DNA of 64,000 nt from Candidatus Doudnabacteria bacterium (GCA_038230955.1 JBBRMG010000002.1:1199-65198); one strand, 5' to 3'; shown: positions 20,451-29,953, counted from the stretch's first letter. Numbers and translations are program-made. Notes: generated by a model not told the origin, from the letters alone.

Positions 20451-20478
20451 AAATATATTATGACTGTTATTAACAGTT

Positions 20479-20495
20479 TGTCAACTATTCTGACG
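20479..20495. promoter_or_regulatory. Operator candidate over the TrmB2 -35
   Basis: TGTCA-actattc-TGACG. Confidence 0.55.
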
Positions 20496-20552
20496 AATTA
20501 ATATCGATATCAGTATTTTGCTTTAAATAAGTCATTTATAAGTTATTAGTAA

Positions 20553-20592
20553 TGTCAGTAGAATTGACTATAACACTATTTTGTTATATAAT
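20553..20592 (+). promoter_or_regulatory. Operator candidate plus promoter of SBP2
   Basis: TGTCA-gtagaat-TGACT overlapping TTGACT(20564)-17-TATAAT(20587). Confidence 0.65.
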
Positions 20593-20646
20593 CTGCTGTT
20601 AAATAAAAACAAAAAGGTTTCATCAATCATTAAGAACCAAAGAATC

Positions 20647-21819
20647 ATGAAGAATATGAAATGGACAGTAGCAGTGGTTATCGTACTGGCCTTAGTGGCA
20701 CTACTAGTAGCAAAGAATAATCATCAGCAGAAAGCTCAGCTTGTGGCAGAGAGATGCGATTCCGGTGACACCATTAAGATCGGGGCCGTGTATACTTTTA
20801 CGGGTAACCTGGCTGACATCGGTGAGTCATTCCGCGAAGGTACTGAAATAGAGAAAGACCAAATTAATGCCGCCGGGGGTATTAACGGAAAAAAGATTGA
20901 GATAATTTACGAAGACGCACCTGATTTCGCCGGCAAGCCTGGAGTAGACGCAGTGCATAAACTAGTATCGCAAAACAAAGTTTGCGCTGTGCTAGATTTT
21001 GTTTACGGTAGTCTCGGTGGTATTAATAGTTTTGCTGAAAAGAACCAAGTACCCATTGTCGACCCGCTGGACTCGTCCGACAAAATTGCTGGGTTTGGTG
21101 ACTGGGTATTCAGTAGCGGTGTGTACGACGACGGCATCGGCACCCATGTCGCTGAATTTGCCAAGAATGAAAAGGGAATCGATAAAGTGTCAATGCTGGT
21201 GGGGCAAGATGAATATCTTTTATCTGTAGCAAGTGGTTTCGAAAAAACATTTAAAGCAGGTGGTGGCCAAATCACTGATCGGGAAGAGTTTGTAATCGGC
21301 ACTACTGATTTTAAAACCTCATTGTCTAAACTAATCCAAAGTGGCGCCCAAACAATATTCATTGGCCACATAGGCGAGGGTGGCATAATTGTGAAGCAAG
21401 CCCGCGAACTCGGTTTTAAAGGTACGTTTCTTGGAACTGATACTTTCAGCTTAGCTGACGTACAAAGAGTAGGTGGCTCGTTACTGAACGACAACTTGTA
21501 CTTTGCGTTATGGCGCAACTTTGATGCCACTACAAAGGACCAGGATCAGTTTTCCAAAGCATTCCTGGCAAAATACAACAAAGCCCCCGGTGATTACATG
21601 TTTTACAACGTACTTGGTTACGATGGCTTAAAAGTAATGGCTGAAGCAATTAGTAAGTCGGACATGACCGGGGGCAGCATAAAGGACCAACTGTACAAGA
21701 TAAATAATTTCCAGGGATTAAGTGGCCCAATTACCATTACACCAGAGGGAATTAATAAAGACCCTAAATCCGCCATGGTAATGTACAAAGACGGCAAGAT
21801 TGTTCGTTACCAGAAATAG
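20647..21819 (+). CDS. LivJ/LivK-type ABC substrate-binding protein, membrane-anchored, orphan
   Basis: IKIGAVYTFTG, INAAGGINGKKIE, DFKTSL, GYDG and FQGLSGPI motifs; start at MKNMKW, downstream of the promoter. Confidence 0.9.
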   Translation: MKNMKWTVAVVIVLALVALLVAKNNHQQKAQLVAERCDSGDTIKIGAVYTFTGNLADIGESFREGTEIEKDQINAAGGINGKKIEIIYEDAPDFAGKPGVDAVHKLVSQNKVCAVLDFVYGSLGGINSFAEKNQVPIVDPLDSSDKIAGFGDWVFSSGVYDDGIGTHVAEFAKNEKGIDKVSMLVGQDEYLLSVASGFEKTFKAGGGQITDREEFVIGTTDFKTSLSKLIQSGAQTIFIGHIGEGGIIVKQARELGFKGTFLGTDTFSLADVQRVGGSLLNDNLYFALWRNFDATTKDQDQFSKAFLAKYNKAPGDYMFYNVLGYDGLKVMAEAISKSDMTGGSIKDQLYKINNFQGLSGPITITPEGINKDPKSAMVMYKDGKIVRYQK

Positions 21820-21827
21820 ACCGTTAT

Positions 21828-21859
21828 AACAAAACTCCCCGGTTACGGGGAGTTTTGTT
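21828..21859. terminator. Bidirectional terminator overlapping the polA stop
   Basis: AACAAAACTCCCC-ggttac-GGGGAGTTTTGTT. Confidence 0.85.
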
Positions 21860-24695
21860 CCACCCTTTTCATTTGGCCCCAATTATCACCAACCTTAGCT
21901 TCGGCGGTAACCGGTACGGTCAGTTTAATAGCGGACTCCATTAGCGGTTTTATTATTTCTATCCATTTGTCTACGGCGCTCTCTTGGACCTCAAACACTA
22001 ATTCGTCGTGGACTTGCAACAACATGCGAATTTCATCACCTAACCCTGCGATTTCTCTGAAAATGTTAAGCATGGCGATTTTTAACACATCGGCCTGTAG
22101 ACTCTGGATAGGGAAATTTACAGCAGCCCGTTCCGCTGCGGCGCGAATAAAGAACTGCGACGACTTTACTTCAGGGAACTTGCGAGTGCGCCCCAGTTCG
22201 TTCTTCACTAACGCATCGCGGTTGACATCGACTTTAACACTATCTATGTATTGCTTCACTTGGGGATAGGCAGCGAAATATTTATTAATAAACTCCTTGG
22301 CCTCGGCGTTAGTCACAGCGCCAATGCGACTAGACAGACCAAAACTGGACAGACCGTACAACACTCCAAAGTTAATGGTCTTAGCATCACGGCGCATATC
22401 GTCGGTCAGCCCTTCATCACCCACCCCAAATATGGCTCTCGCTGTGTTAGCGTGAATATCTTCTTTGTTTTTAAACACGTGCATCATATTTTTGTCCTGC
22501 GACAAATGAGCGATAATTCGCAGTTCCATTTGCGAGTAATCTATGGAAACAAGTTTGTATCCCTTTTCGGCCACGAACGCTTTGCGAATTTCCGCACCCA
22601 AGCCTGTGCCGCGCACTGGAATATTTTGCAAATTTGGATCAATCGATGACAGTCGGCCCGTCGCGGCAATAGTTTGATTGTAACTAGTATGAATGCGCCC
22701 CGTGGCTGGATTGACTTGCAACGGCAACGCTAGTAAGTAAGTCGATTGCAACTTCGACAGTTCTCGATAATTCAAAATCTTTTCAATAATGGGATGCTCA
22801 CCTAATAAGTATTCCAGCACACCCGCTGCAGTAGACAGTCCTGTTTTGTTTTTCTTTCCTGAAGTTAAGCCGAGTTTATTGTAAAGAATTTCGCCTAACT
22901 GCTTTGGGGAGTTTAAATTAAATTCTTCGTCCGCTAATTTATAGATGTCTTGTTCTAGGTCATTAATCTGATTTTTTGCATCTTCTGACAGCCGAGCAAC
23001 TAAATCAATATCTAACTTGATTCCCCAGCGCTCCATATTGGCTAGCACCGGAATAAGCGGCATTTCAATCTCACGAAAAATTTTGTCTAAGCCTTCTTTT
23101 TTCAGCTCTGGTTCAAAAATTTCTTTTAGTCGCAAAGTAATGTCAGCATCTTCAGCGGCATACCAACTAACCTTTTCTACATCCACTTGGTCCATGGTAA
23201 TTTGGTTCTTACCTTTGCCAATTAAATCTTCAATTGGTTGCATCTGATAACCAAGTTCATTGAACGCAGCAGCATCTAAGCTGTGTTTACGGGTACCAGC
23301 GTTCAGTAAATAAGATGCAATCATAGTGTCGAATGCTGGATTCTCCAGTTTGATGTTCTCGTTTTGCAGCACTAACAAATCATATTTAATGTTGTGGCCA
23401 ATCTTAGCGGCATTACTGGCAATCAGTTTTTTTAACGCTTCGCTTTTCGTAACGATGTTAGCAGGAACATAATAAGCTTCGCCTGGTTTAGTAGCCAATG
23501 ACACGCCTACCAACCGGGCTACGATTGGGTTCAAGCCTGTGGTCTCAGTATCGATAGCTAAATCAGTATTTTTGTCAGTGGACTTAGTAATTTTCTTCAA
23601 AACTTTATCGAGTTTTTCTAAACTGTCGAGCAATTGATAATCCTGTTTAAAATCAACCAGCTTCACGGCCTGAGGCACTAATGGCGCATCCACAGCGCCT
23701 TCATCTTTAGTGGCGGATTTTGCTGTGCCCTTGGATTTGGCTTTAATTTCCGCTGATGCTTCCACTGCCGGCAGCTCTTTAGCCCCAATATAATCTTTGG
23801 GCAACTTGTCTATTAAACTCCGAAACTCCAACTCCTGGAATAATTTCATGGTAGCAGTTAAATCAGCCTGCTTAAATTGGTACGGTTGAATATCAATATC
23901 GAGCGGCACATCGCAAACAATCTTCGACAAGAAATAAGATTGATCCGCCTCTTTCTCACCGTCAATCAACAACTGCAAAATACGCGGCTTAATTTTATCG
24001 CCGATCTTACCAGCTTTTATCGCCGCGTACAATTTTTGCAAAGAGCCAAAATCTTGAATTAACTGGCCAGCGGTTTTTTCACCAATACCACGCACACCTT
24101 TAATATTATCTGATGGATCACCACGCAAAGACTTATAGTCGATCATCTGTAAGGGAGTTAAACCATAGCGGTCTTTCACAGCTTGTTCATCATAAATAGC
24201 AGTATCACCAATGCCTTTACGCAACGTATAAATTTTCACGCACTTATTCACGAGCTGAAGCGCATCTAAATCGCCGGTGACAATCATAACATCGCAGTTG
24301 TCCTGAGATTGTTTGCACAGCTCGGTAGCCAAAGTACCCAGAACGTCATCAGCCTCAAACCCTTTCACTTCAAAAATTGGAATATTTAACAACCGCGCCA
24401 CTTCTTTCACCCGAGGGAACTGATCATACAATTCCTGTGCCGCTTTTACCCGAGTCCCTTTGTACTCAGCGTAACTATCGTGCCGAAAAGTCGGACCAGC
24501 TAAATCAAAAGAGCAAGCAATGTGCGTCGGTTTTAAGTCTTTAATCGCGCGGAGCAGTATCATTGTAAATCCGTAAACTGCATTAGTCTGTTCCCCCGAC
24601 TTTGAGGTCAAAGCCGGAATAGCATGAAAGCCCCGATGAACCAGGGCATTGCCGTCTATCAACATATATCGTTTATCCGCTTTTTTCTTTGGCAT
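21843..24695 (-). CDS. polA: DNA polymerase I
   Basis: 5'-3' exonuclease (LIDGN, EADD, GDPSDNI), 3'-5' exonuclease (DTET), polymerase motifs DYSQMELR, KTINFG and QVHDEL. Confidence 0.98.
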   Translation of the reverse strand: MPKKKADKRYMLIDGNALVHRGFHAIPALTSKSGEQTNAVYGFTMILLRAIKDLKPTHIACSFDLAGPTFRHDSYAEYKGTRVKAAQELYDQFPRVKEVARLLNIPIFEVKGFEADDVLGTLATELCKQSQDNCDVMIVTGDLDALQLVNKCVKIYTLRKGIGDTAIYDEQAVKDRYGLTPLQMIDYKSLRGDPSDNIKGVRGIGEKTAGQLIQDFGSLQKLYAAIKAGKIGDKIKPRILQLLIDGEKEADQSYFLSKIVCDVPLDIDIQPYQFKQADLTATMKLFQELEFRSLIDKLPKDYIGAKELPAVEASAEIKAKSKGTAKSATKDEGAVDAPLVPQAVKLVDFKQDYQLLDSLEKLDKVLKKITKSTDKNTDLAIDTETTGLNPIVARLVGVSLATKPGEAYYVPANIVTKSEALKKLIASNAAKIGHNIKYDLLVLQNENIKLENPAFDTMIASYLLNAGTRKHSLDAAAFNELGYQMQPIEDLIGKGKNQITMDQVDVEKVSWYAAEDADITLRLKEIFEPELKKEGLDKIFREIEMPLIPVLANMERWGIKLDIDLVARLSEDAKNQINDLEQDIYKLADEEFNLNSPKQLGEILYNKLGLTSGKKNKTGLSTAAGVLEYLLGEHPIIEKILNYRELSKLQSTYLLALPLQVNPATGRIHTSYNQTIAATGRLSSIDPNLQNIPVRGTGLGAEIRKAFVAEKGYKLVSIDYSQMELRIIAHLSQDKNMMHVFKNKEDIHANTARAIFGVGDEGLTDDMRRDAKTINFGVLYGLSSFGLSSRIGAVTNAEAKEFINKYFAAYPQVKQYIDSVKVDVNRDALVKNELGRTRKFPEVKSSQFFIRAAAERAAVNFPIQSLQADVLKIAMLNIFREIAGLGDEIRMLLQVHDELVFEVQESAVDKWIEIIKPLMESAIKLTVPVTAEAKVGDNWGQMKRVEQNSP

Positions 24696-24771
24696 ACCGG
24701 TATTTTAGCGGTTTCTAAGCATAAACAAAAGCCGCCTGCTCAGAAGAGCTGGCGGCTTGTATAACTCGATG

Positions 24772-25707
24772 TTATTCTTGCGCCTGAAAATCTGGCAAGG
24801 TTATATCTCCGCTAACTTGAACGCTTTGCGTTCCGAAGCGATACAGTCTAGTAATAGACAAAACCTTAACTGTATATGTCTCTCCGATACTAACATTGTC
24901 AAACGAGAAATATCCAAACGCACTTGTAGTTGATGTTCGCGCTACCCCTCTAGAATCTGTTAACGACACTGCTGAATTCCTCAACCCCCGACCGTCAAGT
25001 GCAAGAACTCTTCCGCTAACGGTTGCAGTCTTAGGCTGAGCAACTCTTGCCAATTGAAAGGTAGAGCTTTCACTCGGTGAATTTCTACCATTTCCCGTAA
25101 CATTAATTCGAGAGGCTAAAAGATACTGATCCGGCAAATCGGCTGGTATGGTCCATGTATACTGACCATTGTCAGATGTGCTACTGGTAATAGTATATGG
25201 GGAAATAGTAGGGATATAACACTTAGGAGTCTGGGATAAGCATGCATAATAAGGACTTACCGTTATGCTAACAGTACCGCCAGTCAATCTATTTCGGATA
25301 AGTTTAGGGTTCCAACGGATGGTTTGCTTTTCTCCTGTTTTCCAAACCTCACCAGCAGATGGGCTAGTTACTCTTAGTTGAGCAGTGCTGTCGCCAACAC
25401 AAGTTGAGTTGCCGCAATTCGTGAGATCGAAATTATCATTAACTGGCTGGGCTCCGCATGGTGATGATCTGGAACAAATTACCTTAGTGCGTCCTGACCG
25501 CCTTGCGTCAAACCTATCGGAAGCAAAAGAGGATAATGGATTCAGTTTGATGCCAGCAAGCTGTTGGCCAGTGCTGGTAGTCATTAGCGCTAATGCTCCT
25601 AATATAACCGCAGCAAATAACACGGTTACTATCAGGGCTGTTCGCCGAGACACGGGATGGCTAGGAGTCAGCCTGGTAGTCCCCTTGTCTTCATGGATTT
25701 CTTGCAT
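24772..25707 (-). CDS. Membrane-anchored surface protein with an Ig-like Ser/Thr-rich domain and a C-terminal carboxypeptidase-regulatory-like domain
   Basis: N-terminal TM; VTSPSAGEVW..TIRW...GQYTWTIP; C-terminal VSGRVL..GRGLRN..VSLTD...FGYFSF. Confidence 0.8.
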   Translation of the reverse strand: MQEIHEDKGTTRLTPSHPVSRRTALIVTVLFAAVILGALALMTTSTGQQLAGIKLNPLSSFASDRFDARRSGRTKVICSRSSPCGAQPVNDNFDLTNCGNSTCVGDSTAQLRVTSPSAGEVWKTGEKQTIRWNPKLIRNRLTGGTVSITVSPYYACLSQTPKCYIPTISPYTITSSTSDNGQYTWTIPADLPDQYLLASRINVTGNGRNSPSESSTFQLARVAQPKTATVSGRVLALDGRGLRNSAVSLTDSRGVARTSTTSAFGYFSFDNVSIGETYTVKVLSITRLYRFGTQSVQVSGDITLPDFQAQE

Positions 25708-25792
25708 AATTCTGTTTTAATTAATAATACTTTTGTTTCAATACGATTTGTATGTAGATACATTATAGCATGAATAAAAGGTTTTTGCAAAT

Positions 25793-25829
25793 AAAAAAAG
25801 CGGACGTTCTCTGGTTGAGAATCGTCCGC
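25793..25829 (-). terminator. Intrinsic terminator
   Basis: Minus strand GCGGACG..TTCTC..GAGAA-CGTCCGC followed by T7. Confidence 0.8.
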
Positions 25830-25846
25830 ACCCCCTTGCTATACAA

Positions 25847-26691
25847 TCACTAGAACACCCTTTCGTGGTCTCCATTCTTGCTACTGGAAACACCAGCTTG
25901 AGAGAGAGAGTATATAAATTGTCGCCGTTGCGCAAATACGTGTCAACCCCGCGGACCACAACGCGTATCTGATTAGCCGTAACCGACACTATCCACTGCG
26001 GGTCAACTACTTGACAACAACCAATCACGATAGTCGGCTTTTCGCCGGGAAAGAATCGGCCGTTGAGTACAACCAGGTACGTATCTCGGCCCAGCGCCTG
26101 TTCAGTGACGGACTTAAGCTGTGGCCACTGCTGCTCGGCGTCGATGAATACCGGAATCGTCGTGGCCACTCTCTCGACGCGCTTTGCAGTGATGAAGTAA
26201 ACGTCATAAGACAGATTGCCGGCACTTTCAAAAGTACTGAACCCGCCGTGATGCAGGATGAACCCTAATCCCTGGCCGAAACCATTGTCGAACTGCCAGG
26301 CACTGTACTTAATCACCGACCCATTGGGTCGGGTCTCGAACACGAGCATGGTCACCGGTTCCCTTACCGTAGCAGTAGTCAGCATTAATGTATTGACGAC
26401 GTAGTCAAAAATCTGCGACGGTGGTTCACTAATAATCACCGCTGAAGCTAAACCGTCAGTAACAGCCTGCTTTTGCGAGTCGGTGACTTTAGCGGCAGAC
26501 TTATAAGCCTCGATCTGCTGCAGGGCCTGGTTATCCTCGGCCGAGCCTTTATCGATCGCGCGTCCAATGTCAGCCGGATCCACGATCCGCAACACCGGCT
26601 TCTTTGGCTGGCCATAAGTGGGCGCCACCGAAACCGCAAGAAGAATCCCAACAACGAATACCAACAACGAAAAGTTATTACTTTTTTTCAT
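25847..26691 (-). pseudogene. Secreted hypothetical protein with apparent 2-nt frameshift in a (CT)5 tract near its 3' end
   Basis: Signal peptide MKKSNNFSLLVFVVGILLAVSVAPTYG. As assembled, the ORF reads through its own terminator to 25738; removing one CT at 25900-25910 gives TAG TGA just before the terminator. Confidence 0.6.
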
Positions 26692-26974
26692 TTTTTCCCT
26701 CTTTTTATCTGTATCTAAACTTAGAACTACTACATTGCTTGGTTTCCCAAACAAAAAACTCTACACTTTTCGAGCCGGTCTGTTTTCCTGAATATTGGAT
26801 ATGTCTGAAAAGTACCGTGAAGGTAAAGCTATAGAGTTTTTTAATCGGGAATCCTATAAAAAGATACCTTTGTATTTATTTTTAAATACCCTCTAGTATA
26901 CTCATAAACAAGCCATTTGTCAAGAGACGAGGCGTGTTAATCAATATTTCTCCTTTAATTAAGCCAAATAATTT

Positions 26975-28630
26975 CTAAGCATTGTCCCCTGCTACTCGGA
27001 AAACCTCTTCAATATCAGTAATTCCACTGGCAGCCTTTAGTATGCCGTCTTGAACCATAGTAACCATGCCATCTTTGAACGCCTGGTCCTTCATTTGTCG
27101 ACCCGACACGCCAGCCAAGATCAGCTCTTTCATTGCATCGTTTAATTCCATCACTTCATAAATACCGATTCGTCCTTTATACCCCAAGTTGTTACATTCA
27201 ACGCAACCAGCTGAATGAAAGAATTGTAACGGTTCAGGCACCACCACATTTGCTGTCGGTGCCATCTCGGCTATAACTTTATTGACCTGATCCATAAGCG
27301 CAGGGGCTATCTCCACGGGTTTGCGACAGGCTTCACAGAGCCGGCGCACTAACCGTTGAGCGATGATGGCGTTAATAGCCGGAGCAATAATAAATGGCTT
27401 AGTGCCCATCGTGACTAACCGCGGAATTGCCCCCGAGGCATCGTTAGTGTGCAGAGTCGATAATACAATGTGACCGGTCAACGCGGCCTGCAATGCTGTC
27501 TCTGCGGTTTCACTATCGCGAATTTCACCCACCATGACAATATCTGGATCCTGGCGCAAAATTGCGCGCAACCCTTTGGCAAAACTAAAATCAATTCGAT
27601 AATCTATTGGAGTTTGCTGGACTCCTTCCAACTTGTACTCAATTGGGTCTTCTAAAGTAATAATTTTTACCCCTGGCTCATTGAGCTCATTTAAAAATGC
27701 GTAGAGTGTTGTGGTTTTTCCACTACCCGTTGGACCAGTGGTAATAATCATACCATTTGGTTTATTCAGTTCGCGCTCAATTACTTCATAAGCGCGGCCG
27801 CGCAATCCTAATTGATCAAGTTTTAAATTTGTAGCGCCAATACCAAGTAACCGAAGTACTATTGCTTCGCCGTAGCCAGACGGCAATACTGATACACGAA
27901 CATCAATGGCTTGCTCTCCGTAATAGAAAGTAATGCGTCCATCTTGTGGCACATTCTCCACATTCAATTTTAGTTTTGACAAGATTTTGATCCGCGAAAT
28001 TATTTTGTGCTTCAAATTAATATCAAAATGGGTCATGTCTTGCAGTACTCCATCAACGCGGTAACGGAGCTTGAGCATTTTTTCCTCTGGCTCCAAATGA
28101 ATATCAGACGCATTGAGACTAACAGCACCACCAAGCATGTTGGCCAATAAATCACTGGCCGACGCCGCGGCTTGAACTGCTGGATCTTTCAACTTTTGCA
28201 GTAAAGTAGTAAAATTTGCCCCTGCATCAATGTGTACCACTTGGTCAAACGTCGACTTCGGCCGTAACACTTTCGCATAATATTTAAGAGTATCCGTGTA
28301 ACTAGCATGGGAAACAAAATACAAAGATACTTTGTATTTTGCTGATAACTCTTTCACCTTATGCTGAAGAATTGGATTGGACGGGTTAATAGTCGCAATG
28401 CGAACATCGTGCACTTCTTTGAAAAATGGTAAACTTTCCGAGTCCTTGGCTTCGTCTTCAGTAAAGTATGATAAAACGTTTAAATCTAAAGGAAAACTGT
28501 GCAAATTCACATAGGGAATACCCAAAGTCTGAGCCTGAGCTTGGGCTTCTTTTTCCTGCATCATCCGATTTTGCTCAGTTAGTGCACGGGCAAAATCTTG
28601 AGGATTTGATGATAAAAATGAGTGCGACAT
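26975..28630 (-). CDS. pilB: Type IV pilus / type II secretion assembly ATPase (PilB/GspE family)
   Basis: ASDIHLEP, PQDGRI, GPTGSGKTTTLY, TLEDPIEY, LRQDPDIVMVGEIRD, STLHTN and two CxxC motifs. Confidence 0.88.
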   Translation of the reverse strand: MSHSFLSSNPQDFARALTEQNRMMQEKEAQAQAQTLGIPYVNLHSFPLDLNVLSYFTEDEAKDSESLPFFKEVHDVRIATINPSNPILQHKVKELSAKYKVSLYFVSHASYTDTLKYYAKVLRPKSTFDQVVHIDAGANFTTLLQKLKDPAVQAAASASDLLANMLGGAVSLNASDIHLEPEEKMLKLRYRVDGVLQDMTHFDINLKHKIISRIKILSKLKLNVENVPQDGRITFYYGEQAIDVRVSVLPSGYGEAIVLRLLGIGATNLKLDQLGLRGRAYEVIERELNKPNGMIITTGPTGSGKTTTLYAFLNELNEPGVKIITLEDPIEYKLEGVQQTPIDYRIDFSFAKGLRAILRQDPDIVMVGEIRDSETAETALQAALTGHIVLSTLHTNDASGAIPRLVTMGTKPFIIAPAINAIIAQRLVRRLCEACRKPVEIAPALMDQVNKVIAEMAPTANVVVPEPLQFFHSAGCVECNNLGYKGRIGIYEVMELNDAMKELILAGVSGRQMKDQAFKDGMVTMVQDGILKAASGITDIEEVFRVAGDNA

Positions 28631-28685
28631 GCTTTAGTTTTTGTATCTGCGGAAACAATTCTTGATTATATTATACCATGATGAG

Positions 28686-28775
28686 CCGAACCCATCCTCT
28701 TTGCTCCTGAGGAGTACTCCGCAGACAGCACAGCTGTCGAGGACCACGACGAAGGATGTAAGAGGGTGGATTCGG
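28686..28775. repeat. REP-like long hairpin
   Basis: CCGAACCCATCCTCTT / AAGAGGGTGGATTCGG enclosing TCCTGAGGAGT...ACGACGAAGGA. Confidence 0.55.
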
Positions 28776-28795
28776 AATGATAATAGAAATAAAAT

Positions 28796-29953
28796 TTAGG
28801 TTGTTTTGACGGCATCAACCAAGAGTTGCTCGACTTGGGACAAGCTAACTCCAGACAAATTCAATGCCACCACTTGGTATAATCCAAAAATATTTACTGG
28901 TGGGGTGAATGTCTCACTGATTTTAGCAGCAATCGCTTCCAACCGAACATGGGGCAGGGATGCCAACATCAACTTGGAGCCAGAACTGGTTTCGCCCATT
29001 AAAGCCACAGACTGGAAGCCGGAGACATTTTCCAATAGTTCTTTCAATACATCCCCCATCCGTTCATCCGTTTCGCCAGTCTTTTCAAAATCAGCAACAG
29101 TCAACTGAGAATAAAGCAACGAGTGCCCAGTGTCTGTTTTAATTCGGGCTAATGCCCGGCCCCATAATTTCAATAACGAAAATTCTTTTGTTTTAAATAA
29201 ATGCTGAATGACATCTTGTTGCTTGGCTCCGTTAGCAATTAAGTCTGAAGCGGTGGTGAACGTTTGCGGTGTGGTGGCTGGATCTTGAAAACTATGGGTG
29301 TTCGCTACAATTCCTGCTAACAGACCTGTGGCAATTGGTTCATCGGTTACCGCAGACTCAATAGAGCGAATGACACTGTAAATAATTTCGGATACCGCCG
29401 CCGCAGTAACTTCCACTACATTAACTGTTCCAAAATATTCATTGGCTGGGTCATCGTCAATATTAATTTTCGGCCGTTCAAAAAATAAGGGTGAATTATC
29501 TGTATATAAACTGCCAAGGTCCTCTAGTGTATGGGCCCCAACTGTAATTATTAAATCATAGGGTTCAGTATTATATGAAACGCTAACATCTTCTGGTAAA
29601 AACTGACCATCTCTTGGTTTCAGGAAAATCTTTACAACATCCGAACCTGACTCATAGCTTAATTCTTCTAGTTGAGCGTGAGCAGTGGTCACTTGGATTA
29701 CAGTAGTGCGATCGGACGAAATATTAGCTTGTACCTCCGGCATTGCACTCAAAAAACCAGCGGACGGCAAAAAAGAGGCCGAGGAAGCCAATGTGACTTC
29801 TTTGCCTAATTTCTTCAAAACGGCATGCAAAGCATAGGCTCCACACAAGCGATCTATCGTTACTGCCGTGGGCAATGCGATGAGGATTTTGCGAGAACGA
29901 CTGACGTTTTCCGAGATTTGGCGTTTCAATTCTATAGGGGTAGGTTGTTCCAT
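28796..29953 (-). CDS. DHH/NrnA-family phosphoesterase-like protein with degenerate catalytic motifs
   Basis: Family scaffold (DLIITVG, INID..PAN.YFG.VN.V, ATGLLAGI..NT.SF, LKLWGRAL) with DHH replaced by DDD. Confidence 0.75.
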   Translation of the reverse strand: MEQPTPIELKRQISENVSRSRKILIALPTAVTIDRLCGAYALHAVLKKLGKEVTLASSASFLPSAGFLSAMPEVQANISSDRTTVIQVTTAHAQLEELSYESGSDVVKIFLKPRDGQFLPEDVSVSYNTEPYDLIITVGAHTLEDLGSLYTDNSPLFFERPKINIDDDPANEYFGTVNVVEVTAAAVSEIIYSVIRSIESAVTDEPIATGLLAGIVANTHSFQDPATTPQTFTTASDLIANGAKQQDVIQHLFKTKEFSLLKLWGRALARIKTDTGHSLLYSQLTVADFEKTGETDERMGDVLKELLENVSGFQSVALMGETSSGSKLMLASLPHVRLEAIAAKISETFTPPVNIFGLYQVVALNLSGVSLSQVEQLLVDAVKTT

